Assembly: GCA_040752415.1 (NCBI GenBank) | Contig: JBFMGU010000221.1 | Location: 1-17,374 of the forward strand | Length of the DNA: 17,374 nt | From: Myxococcota bacterium | GTDB lineage: Bacteria > Myxococcota > JACRCW01 | Reading direction: 5' to 3' | Shown here: one piece after another, positions 1-7,600 of the stretch | Numbering within the stretch: the first letter of the stretch is position 1 | Layout: every line of letters begins with the position of its first letter | The notes under the pieces: model-generated | Databases searched by the model: none | Seen by the model: the letters and a program-made list of their open reading frames with translations, nothing else | What the model was told of the DNA's origin: nothing | Translations under genes and position numbers: made by a program

Positions 1-66
1 ATCCGCCGCCTGACCTGCGTCGCTGCTGCTGGCATCCGCCGCCTGACCTGCGTCGCTGCTGCCGGC
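1..66. repeat. 33-bp coding tandem repeat, at least 2 copies, truncated by the window edge
   Basis: 1-33 ATCCGCCGCCTGACCTGCGTCGCTGCTGCTGGC and 34-66 differ by one base. They encode A(G/S)SSDAGQAAD units on the - strand. Confidence 0.9.
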
Positions 67-354
67 ATCCGGTCTGCCCGCGTCGCCGGCGCTGGCGTCC
101 GGGCCTCCTCCATCCGGCCGCGCGCCCTCATCCACGCACACACCGTTGGCGCACTGAAGGCCATTGTCACACGTGCCGTTGCCATAGCAGGCGCAACCCC
201 GGTTGCCGGTGCTGCAGCCCGCGTCCGACGTTGCCGTGCCGCTGTCCGCAGCCACGGAGGGGTTGCCTTGGTTGTCAGCGGGGGGCGTGCATGCGGCAAG
301 AACCAGAAGGGTGAATGGCGCAACGGGAAGCACGGACTGAAGGCGTGTGGTCAT
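1..354 (-). CDS. Lipoprotein with a small Cys-rich module and DAG-rich low-complexity linker (partial; runs off the left edge)
   Basis: Hand-translated, not in the ORF track. ATG at 354 is open to base 1: MTTRLQSVLPVAPFTLLVLAAC (lipobox LAAC)...GCSTGNRGCACYGNGTCDNGLQCANGVC...PDGGGPDASAGDAGRPDAGSSDAGQAADASSSDAGQAAD. Confidence 0.85.
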   Translation of the reverse strand, partial: MTTRLQSVLPVAPFTLLVLAACTPPADNQGNPSVAADSGTATSDAGCSTGNRGCACYGNGTCDNGLQCANGVCVDEGARPDGGGPDASAGDAGRPDAGSSDAGQAADASSSDAGQAAD

Positions 355-418
355 GGACGTTCTCAACGGTGCGCACGGCCTGCACGGGGACAAAGGCAGC
401 GCGAGAGCGGGAGGCTCT

Positions 419-433
419 TGGCACGCCCTCCGC
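419..433 (+). promoter_or_regulatory. Candidate sigma54 (-24/-12) promoter for the kinase/regulator pair
   Basis: TGGCACG-CCCT-CCGC: perfect -24 box and exact GG-N10-GC spacing, but the -12 box lacks TT. Confidence 0.35.
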
Positions 434-442
434 CAGGCCACA

Positions 443-459
443 CTCGTAATAATTACGAG
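443..459. promoter_or_regulatory. Perfect 8-1-8 palindromic operator, Fur/Zur-family type
   Basis: CTCGTAAT-A-ATTACGAG, AT-rich in a GC-rich intergenic region between divergent genes. The core TCGTAATnATTACGA matches the Bacillus-type Zur box core as I recall it. Confidence 0.65.
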
Positions 460-513
460 CCGCGACGCCCCTCTGGGTCGCACCACCGTGTGCCCGGGAG
501 TAGGGTGGCCTGA

Positions 514-1737
514 ATGGAGGCGTCCGGTTTGGAGTCCGTTGCGACGAGAGTGGCGGAGAAAGTCCGCGAGACGAATGCGTCGCGCGCGCAGTACCTGGGC
601 AGTGCCTTTGCGCTCACCTTTTCCGTGTCCATGATTGGTGACGTGGTCAGCATGGGCACCCTGGCCAACCACGGGTTCATGTTTGGTCAGTTGTTCCTCT
701 CCCTGGTGGTGGTTGCTGCGGTGCGCTGGACCCACGCGGGTCGCCGGCACGCCGGGATGGTGCTTGCCACCGGCATTGCCATTGTCTCCGCCACCGGTGC
801 GGCGCACCTGGCGCAGTTTGGCGGCCTGGACGGGCCCTACTTCTATGGGAGCTACGTGGCCCCGCCCATCTTCATTCCCATCCTCTTGTCGTTCTCAGCG
901 CGTACCTTGGCCACGCTGGGCGCCGTGGGGGGATTTGCGCTGATCTACTGGTTCTGCCGGCCGGACCTGTTCAACCACCCCATGGCGCACATTCCGGTGT
1001 TCTACCTGCTCACGGTCAGTGCCATTTCCGTTGGCATTGGCCACCACGTGCACCGGCTGGAGCAAGCCAGCTTTGCGGACATGGCGCGGCTGGAAGCAGC
1101 GGCCGCCGGGCTGGAAGCGCGCGTGCGCGCCGGTGAAGCCGCGCCTGCCCACCTGCGACGTGAAATCGCACGGCAGCTCCATGACGACGTTGCACAGCTC
1201 ATCACCGGGGCGCGGCTCCAGCTGGAGGGCTGGTCCCGGCAGCGCGGTCGGGATGACGCCGGTACGCGTCTGGCCGAGCTGTTGGATGCGCTGGCCCAGA
1301 GCGCACGGCGCATGCTGGAGGAGCTGCGTCAGCCTCCCGAGCGCGGGACGCTGGTGGCGGAGCTGGAACGGCTGCGCGTGGAGTACGGCGCCATGGGATT
1401 GGCGGTGGACCTGCTGGTGGATGAAACAGGGCTGCCCACCCATGCGCTGGGAAAGGCGCAGGTGGAGGCGCTCCTGGCCTCCGCGCGTGAAGGCCTCACC
1501 AATGCGCTCCGGCACGGTGGCGCCAGCGAGGCCACGGTGAGCCTGCGTACGGAGGCGCGGATCATCATGCTCGACGTCATGGACAACGGCCGCGGACGCG
1601 CTGAATCGCTGCGTGAGGGGTATGGCCTCTTGGGCATCCGGGAACGCGTTGTTGCGCTGGGCGGCGTGGCCGAGTTGGGCAACTATGACGAAGGCCTGCG
1701 CCTCTCCATCACCTTGCCGCACATGGAGGATGCGTGA
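514..1737 (+). CDS. Membrane-bound sensor histidine kinase, HisKA_3 (NarX/UhpB/DesK-type) family
   Basis: About 5-6 N-terminal hydrophobic segments; H-box RREIARQLHDDVAQ; N-box REGLTNALRHG; G1 DVMDNGRG; G2 GYGLLGIRERV. Confidence 0.92.
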   Translation: MEASGLESVATRVAEKVRETNASRAQYLGSAFALTFSVSMIGDVVSMGTLANHGFMFGQLFLSLVVVAAVRWTHAGRRHAGMVLATGIAIVSATGAAHLAQFGGLDGPYFYGSYVAPPIFIPILLSFSARTLATLGAVGGFALIYWFCRPDLFNHPMAHIPVFYLLTVSAISVGIGHHVHRLEQASFADMARLEAAAAGLEARVRAGEAAPAHLRREIARQLHDDVAQLITGARLQLEGWSRQRGRDDAGTRLAELLDALAQSARRMLEELRQPPERGTLVAELERLRVEYGAMGLAVDLLVDETGLPTHALGKAQVEALLASAREGLTNALRHGGASEATVSLRTEARIIMLDVMDNGRGRAESLREGYGLLGIRERVVALGGVAELGNYDEGLRLSITLPHMEDA

Positions 1738-2345
1738 TCCGGGTGCTGGTGGTTGATGATCATCCGGTGGTGTCGGAGGGGCTTGCCAACCGCTACGCGG
1801 CAGCGCCGGACCTTGAGCTGGTGGGCACCGCAGCGAGCGTGAGCGAGGCGCTGTACCTGGTGGCGTCAAGGGCCGTTGACGTTGTGCTGGCTGACGTCCA
1901 GCTGGATGTGCTCCTGACGCCGCGCCATGTGGCGGCGCTGGCGGAGCGGTGCCGCGTGGTCCTGTTCTCTGCGCGCGCAGGCGACCCCTACATCCAGCAG
2001 CTCCTTGCCGCGGGAGCCCATGCCGTGGTGGACAAGGCCGCGCCGCTTCAGGTGGTGGACACCGTCCTGCGGGAGGTGCATGCGGGACGCGCCTCGCCTG
2101 AGGTCACGCATGCGAGCGGCGCGGGAGCGCGCCAGGTGTTGAGCGCGCGCGAACATGAGGTCTACTGCCAACTTGCGCGCTGTCAGACGCCCAAGGAGGT
2201 GGCGGCGTCCCTCGGGATTGCCCGCTCCACGGTCTACTGCCACATTGAGAGCATCCGCCGGAAGCTGGGAGTGCAGACGCTGCAAGAGATTGTGGCGCGG
2301 GTGGGTGGTGAGGTGGCCGAGCCGGCTCCGCGTTCGGGAAGCTAA
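1734..2345 (+). CDS. NarL/FixJ-family response regulator (receiver + LuxR-type HTH)
   Basis: IRVLVVDDHPVV; phospho-acceptor Asp in VVLADVQL; conserved Ser (LFSA) and Lys (VVDKA); HTH LSAREHEV...KEVAASLGIARSTVYCHIESIRRKLGV. GTGA overlap with the kinase stop. Confidence 0.93.
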   Translation: MIRVLVVDDHPVVSEGLANRYAAAPDLELVGTAASVSEALYLVASRAVDVVLADVQLDVLLTPRHVAALAERCRVVLFSARAGDPYIQQLLAAGAHAVVDKAAPLQVVDTVLREVHAGRASPEVTHASGAGARQVLSAREHEVYCQLARCQTPKEVAASLGIARSTVYCHIESIRRKLGVQTLQEIVARVGGEVAEPAPRSGS

Positions 2346-2446
2346 ACACACACGCCTGGCTTCGAATGTGACTCCGCTGGACAACACGCAAGGTCGGGCT
2401 CAACCGTAAGCCAATTCAGCCTGTTGTTCTCAACCAGGAGAGCCAC

Positions 2447-3343
2447 ATGCTTCTGCCGTCGCTGCTGCTGGTGCTGGGGAGTGTCACGCCGTTCGAGGAA
2501 GCGAAGGGATACCTCGCCGCCTGTGAGCTGAAGTCCGCCACAACCGCGGGGGAACGGGCGCGCAAGGCGGATGCGGGCTCCCGCGAAATCCTGACGTTCC
2601 TTGCTGCGGTCTACGACGCCACGGGCGACCAGAAGAATGCCAAGAGCGTCTACCGTGCGCTGAAGCGGCTTCCCGCCCCCGATGGGAAGCCCGCGCCCCC
2701 GCTGGTGGTCCCCAAGGACGTTGCTGTGGGCCAGAAGCGCTTCATTGCGTCCGCGCGTACCCGCTTGCGGCTGGACCCGAAGCCCGATGCGGAGGTGCTG
2801 CAGGAGCTGCATGTCAATGACGCCCTCACCGTCGAGGAATTGAGCGATGAGTGGGTGAGGGTCACCGCGCTGAGTGGCGACACCGAGTTCGCCGGGTGGG
2901 TTCATGCCGGGCTCACCGCCGCGGCCCGGGTGGATGTGGACAGGACGCTTGCCGACGCGCGCGCGAAAGCCAAGGCGAACGACTGGGCTGCCGCGTGGCG
3001 CCTGCTTGACCTCGTGGTGGATGCGCGGCCAGGCCAGCCGGAAGTGGAGCGCGAGCTCCGTGCAGCGGCCATCAACGCGGGCAACTTCAAGCGCGCGGTG
3101 ATGACGTGCCCGTTGGAGCAGGACGGGTCCGCGGGGAATCAGCCCGGCACGTTGTTGCTGGAGGAGCTGACCAAGGTGGCGGACAAATGCCGCCACTGGC
3201 GCGGTGAAGACCCCTACGACGACGCCCGCGCAGCCTTCCTCAGCGAGCAGGTGGACCGCGACTGCACCGCGTGTGAGACGCTGCGCACCAGAGCGTTGAA
3301 GCAGGGCGGCAGGGAAGCCTCACTTCCCCGCTGTGATGACTGA
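2447..3343 (+). CDS. Secreted protein with a bacterial SH3 (SH3b)-like domain flanked by helical, TPR-like segments
   Basis: AGGAG RBS; short hydrophobic N-terminus; SH3b pattern RLRLDPKPDAEVLQEL...LTVEELSDEWVRV...GWVHAGL. Confidence 0.75.
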   Translation: MLLPSLLLVLGSVTPFEEAKGYLAACELKSATTAGERARKADAGSREILTFLAAVYDATGDQKNAKSVYRALKRLPAPDGKPAPPLVVPKDVAVGQKRFIASARTRLRLDPKPDAEVLQELHVNDALTVEELSDEWVRVTALSGDTEFAGWVHAGLTAAARVDVDRTLADARAKAKANDWAAAWRLLDLVVDARPGQPEVERELRAAAINAGNFKRAVMTCPLEQDGSAGNQPGTLLLEELTKVADKCRHWRGEDPYDDARAAFLSEQVDRDCTACETLRTRALKQGGREASLPRCDD

Positions 3344-3461
3344 CGCACAGGACACGCCCGAGGACGCGCTCCGCAACGACGGCCTGATGTGCAACGGCAA
3401 AGAGACCTGCGATGCGGTGATGGGCTGGTTCGTCGTCGCGGGGTGTCCGGATGCCGGTTGA
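3336..3461 (+). pseudogene. 41-codon ORF, probable remnant of a Cys-rich repeat gene
   Basis: Hand-translated: MTDAQDTPEDALRNDGLMCNGKETCDAVMGWFVVAGCPDAG*. Resembles a CxDGxxCNGxETCDxxxGC repeat with the outer Cys codons changed to CGC and TGG. Confidence 0.4.
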
Positions 3462-3660
3462 TGTCCCGAACGCTTCCGTCGATGACGCCGCGGCTCCCCG
3501 ACGCTGCGGAGCCTTCGGATGCTTTTGGTTCCCGACGCCGCGTTGACCACGGATGCCTTGCGGCGCACGCTCCGAGTGAACCCGTCGCACCAGGCCGCAC
3601 GCCGCAGACAAGGTTGCTGCATTCCGGCCCTGACCGCGGGCGCGTGCGCGGGGCGTATAC

Positions 3661-3697
3661 CGGGGTATCCACATTTCGCTCCGGAGTAGACACCCCG
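3661..3697. promoter_or_regulatory. 12-13-12 imperfect inverted repeat upstream of the oxidoreductase operon (possible activator site or hairpin)
   Basis: CGGGGTATCCAC-N13-GTAGACACCCCG; 10 of 12 positions are complementary. Confidence 0.35.
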
Positions 3698-3827
3698 CTC
3701 CGACTTCGTCCCCACAAAACCGCAAAACGCCTGCGCGCAGAACCCAATCTTGCACGCATTCACGCAGGACCGTCGCGATTCCGCCTGGTTTCCGTCGTCA
3801 TACGTGAGAACTGCGCACGCTGACGCG

Positions 3828-3843
3828 TGGTCCAATCTTTGCT
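3828..3843 (+). promoter_or_regulatory. Candidate sigma54 promoter of the NXR-like operon
   Basis: TGGTCCA-ATCT-TTGCT: GG(3829-30)-N10-GC(3841-42) with a canonical TTGCT -12 box. Predicted start ~3854, just before ATG 3858, which has no SD. Confidence 0.55.
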
Positions 3844-3857
3844 CGCCGCCACCTCCG

Positions 3858-4604
3858 ATGGATCAGGAGCGCGCTCGAGACCTTGGGGAACGGTGGCGTC
3901 GTGCGCGCCGCTCCGCCCTTTCCAGGGTCCTTGCCTGCGCGGGCGGAGACTCCCGCGAGGACGAGCTGGCCCTCGCGGCGCTGCGCGTGGACGAGAACGA
4001 AACGCTTCGGCTGACCTTCGACCACAGCTGGCGCCTGGGCCGCTCCTATGCGCGCCATTTCTCGGAGACCATCTCCCTGGACCAGCTCCCCGACGTGCTG
4101 GCGACGCTGGAGACGCCGTGCCTGGGCGGAAGCTGGCACGCAGGAGAGGACGAGCCGGCCCGTTTCCTCACCCGCGCCGGCTGTGAGTGGGGACGTGACG
4201 CCGGGCTGTGTGATTACTGGCGTGAAGCCGCCGACGGCATGGTGCTGGGCCTTTCCGGGGAGGTCCGGCACACGCGTCACCGCAGCGTGGGTCACGGGGA
4301 CCCGGTCTGCGTGGACGTGCTGTTTGCCGACGCGGACAGCCGGCTGCGCTTCGGCGAGATTCCCGACGAGATGCGGCCCGGGCTGCAGGGCGTGCGCTCC
4401 TCGCTGCGGTTGCTCAACAGCATGCTGGATGTCGAGTTCCTGGGCGTCTCGGAGGGCGTGCTGCTCTACCGGCTGCACCGCGCGGGCTCCGACGACGGTG
4501 GCCTGGCCGTCTCCCAGGTAGTGGAGCAGCAGCTCACCCGGCGCTTTCCCCACGTGAAACCGATGGAATGGACACACCGCGCGGTGTTTGACGCGACTCC
4601 GTGA
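3858..4604 (+). CDS. Hypothetical protein; Cys-motif (V4R/SufR-C-like) domain followed by a NifU-C-like domain lacking CxxC; first gene of the operon
   Basis: The track ORF is 3750..4604 from TTG; ATG 3858 is preferred because it lies downstream of the promoter candidate. C109-x8-C118-x32-C151 ending in SVGHGDPVC; C-terminus LQGVRSSLRLLNSMLDVEFLGVSEGVLLYRL...VEQQLTRRFPHVK. Domain calls are by eye. Confidence 0.75.
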   Translation: MDQERARDLGERWRRARRSALSRVLACAGGDSREDELALAALRVDENETLRLTFDHSWRLGRSYARHFSETISLDQLPDVLATLETPCLGGSWHAGEDEPARFLTRAGCEWGRDAGLCDYWREAADGMVLGLSGEVRHTRHRSVGHGDPVCVDVLFADADSRLRFGEIPDEMRPGLQGVRSSLRLLNSMLDVEFLGVSEGVLLYRLHRAGSDDGGLAVSQVVEQQLTRRFPHVKPMEWTHRAVFDATP

Positions 4605-4633
4605 TGGGGTCGCCCCGATTTTGGAGGCAACGC

Positions 4634-7600
4634 ATGACCCGCAAGGGAAATGGCACCGGATCGACGGGCCATCACGCCGAGGTGGACCTCTTCCGGCGAC
4701 GCATGTTGCAGGGACTGCTGGGCCTGGGTGCCGTGGCGGCGTCGGACGCCGTGGCCGCGCCGCTGCGCTTCTTCAAGCCCATGCACGTCGACAACCCGCT
4801 CGCGCACTACCCCAACCGCGACTGGGAGCGTGCCTACCGCGACATCTTCAAGGCGGACTCCTCCTTCGTCTTCCTGTGCGCGCCCAATGACACGCACAAC
4901 TGCCTCTTGCGCGCCTACGTGAAGAACGGCGTCATCACGCGCATCGGGCCCACCTACGGTTACGGCAAGGCGGAGGACCTCTACGGGAACCGCGCTTCGC
5001 ACCGCTGGGACCCGCGCATCTGCCAGAAGGGACTGGCGCTGGTGCGGCGCATCTACGGCGACCGCCGCGTCAAGGCGCCCATGGTCCGTCGGGGATTCAA
5101 GGCCTGGGCGGATGCCGGCTTCCCGCGCGGCGCCGACGGCAAGCCCGACCCGAAGTACTTCGAGCGTGGCAAGGACAAGTGGCTACGCGTCTCCTGGGAT
5201 GACGCCTATGCGCTGACCGCGCGCGCGCTGGACAACATCACCCGCACCTACTCCGGGCCACAGGGCGCCAGGCTGCTGCAGGCCCAGGGTTATGACCCCG
5301 CCATGGTGGAGGCACTGGAGGGCGCCGGTACGCAGACCATCAAGCTGCGTGGCGGCATGGCGTTCCTGGGCGCCACGCGCATCTTCGGGCTCTACCGCTT
5401 CGCCAACATGATGGCACTGGCCGACGCGGCGGTGCGGGGCGTGAAGCCGGAGGAGTCCGTGGGCGCGCGCGGCTGGGACAGCTACAGCTGGCACACCGAC
5501 CTCCCGCCCGGCCATCCCATGGTGACCGGCGCGCAGACCAATGACTTCGACCTGTTTGCCGTCGAGCACTCCAAGCTCTGCCTGGTGTGGGGCATGAACT
5601 GGATCACCACCAAGATGCCCGACTCCCACTGGCTGACGGAGGCGCGGCTCAAGGGCACCAAGGTGGTGGCCATCACCGTGGAATATAGCGCCACCGCCAC
5701 GAAGGCCGACGAAGCGGTCATCATCCGCCCCGGCACGGACCCCGCCTTCGCACTCGGGCTGGCCCAGGTCATCATCTCCAAGCGCCTGCACGACGACGGC
5801 TGGGTGGCGCGCAACACCGACCTCCCCTTCCTGGTCCGCATGGACACCCTGCAGCCGCTCCGTCCGGCGGAGGTGATTGGCAACTACCAGAGTGCACGTC
5901 CCGCCAACGTCACCTTCCTCAAGAAGGGTGAGAAGGCGCCGCCCGTGGCGCAGCAGAAGATGCAGGTGATTGCCGAGAGCATGGCGGGCGACCTGCAGCC
6001 CTTCGTCATCTGGGACAAGAAGGCCCGCAAGGCCGCCGCGGTGACCCGCGACGACTGGGGCCCCGCGTTCGCCAAGCTGGGGGTGGAGCCCGACGTCCGC
6101 GCGAAGCTGAAGGTGAAGCTCGTCGACGGGAGCGAGGTGGAGGTGCGCACCGTCTTCAGCCTGATGGAGCAGTACCTCAACGAGAACTTCACGCCCAAGC
6201 AGACCGAGCAGATCACCGGCGCGCCCGCCAAGGCCATCGAGTCGCTGGCGGTGCAGATTGCCCGCAACCCGGAGAAGACGCTGTTTGCCATGGGCATGGG
6301 GCCCAACCAGTTCTTCAACAGCGACCTCAAGGACCGCGCGGTCTTCCTGGTGGCGGCGCTGACGCGCAACCTGGGTTTCCCCGGCGGCAACGTGGGCAGC
6401 TACGCCGGCAACTACCGCGCCGCGCTCTTTGGCGGCATGCCCACGTTTGCGCTGGAGGATCCCTTCAACGTCCAGCCCGACCCCGCGGGCAAGGCCAGCG
6501 TGCGCAAGACCATCCACTACGAGTCGCTGCACTACTACAACTACGGGGACCGGCCGCTGCGGGTGGCCAACAAGGTGTTCACCGGCCACGGCCACATGCC
6601 CACGCCCACCAAGGCCATGTGGCTCAACAATTCGAACTCCGTCATTGGCAACGTGAAGTGGCACTATGACGTGGTCCACAACACGCTGCCCAGGATCGAG
6701 CTGATTGCCTACTCGGACTGGTGGTGGACGGGGTCCTGTGAATACTCGGACATCGTCTTTGGCTGTGACAGCTGGGCGGAGTTCAAGCACCCGGACATGA
6801 CGGCGTCCTGCACCAATCCGTTCGTGCAGATGTATCCGCGCACGCCGCTCAAGCGCATCTTTGACACGCGCTCCGACATCGAGATCATCGCCGGCGTCTC
6901 CCACGCGCTGGCCCGGATCTACAACGACCCGCGCTTCAGCGAGATGTTCAAGGGTGTGGCCGAGGACCGCGTGGAGGGCTACCTGCAGCGCATCGTCGAC
7001 GCTTCGCCCGCGCTTCGCGGGTACAAGGTCGAGGATCTGCTGGCGCGTGCGGAGCAGGGCGTTCCCGCGCTGATGAACAACCGCACCTACCCGCGCGCCT
7101 CCTCCTATGAGCAGCAGAAAGGGGAGCAGCCCTGGCACACGCGGTCGGGGCGGCTGGAGTTCTACCGACCGGAGCCGGAGTTCGTGGCCAGCGGCGAGAA
7201 CATGGTGGTCTACCGCGAGCCGGTGGACTCCACGTTCTACGAGCCGAACGTGATCGTGGCGCGTCCGCACCCCGCCATCCGACCGGAGAAGCCGCAGGAC
7301 TTCGGCCTCAGGCCCGACGACCTCTCCACCGAGGCGCGCCAGGTCCGCAACGTGGTGCTCACCGGAGAGGAGCTGTTGCGCAGCAAACACCCGCTGCGCG
7401 CCAAGAACTTCTCGCACATCTATCACACGCCCAAGTACCGCCACGGCGCGCACACCACGCCGGTGGATACCGACTTCACCTCGGTGCTGTTCGGTCCGTT
7501 CGGTGACGTGTACCGCCATGACAAGCGGCTCCCCTCCGTCACCGAGGGCTACGTGGACATGAATCCCGCGGATGCCCGCGCGCTGGGGGTCGACGACGGC

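Noticed and set aside
1..66. 33-bp repeats as a CRISPR array
   Set aside because: Directly tandem with no spacers, in frame within a coding region, and no cas genes are present.
514..2345. Calling the two-component pair narX/narL, nitrate regulators of the operon
   Set aside because: Family membership only. The kinase has no periplasmic nitrate-binding P-box or HAMP domain, and an unrelated gene plus ~500 bp separate the pair from the operon.
3263..3277. CTACE in the SH3 protein as a heme c site
   Set aside because: CxxC is followed by Glu, not His.
3214..3835. Several overlapping 144-181 aa ORFs in the intergenic region
   Set aside because: Arg/Pro/Ser-rich, no RBS or motifs, and mutually overlapping. 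The region is better explained as regulatory DNA plus a short remnant.
4601..4633. ORF-track starts at 4601, 8041, 9282, 10713, 14156 and 16975
   Set aside because: Downstream starts at 4634, 8152, 9297, 10884, 14024 and 16921 have SD motifs and give family-typical N-termini or signal peptides.
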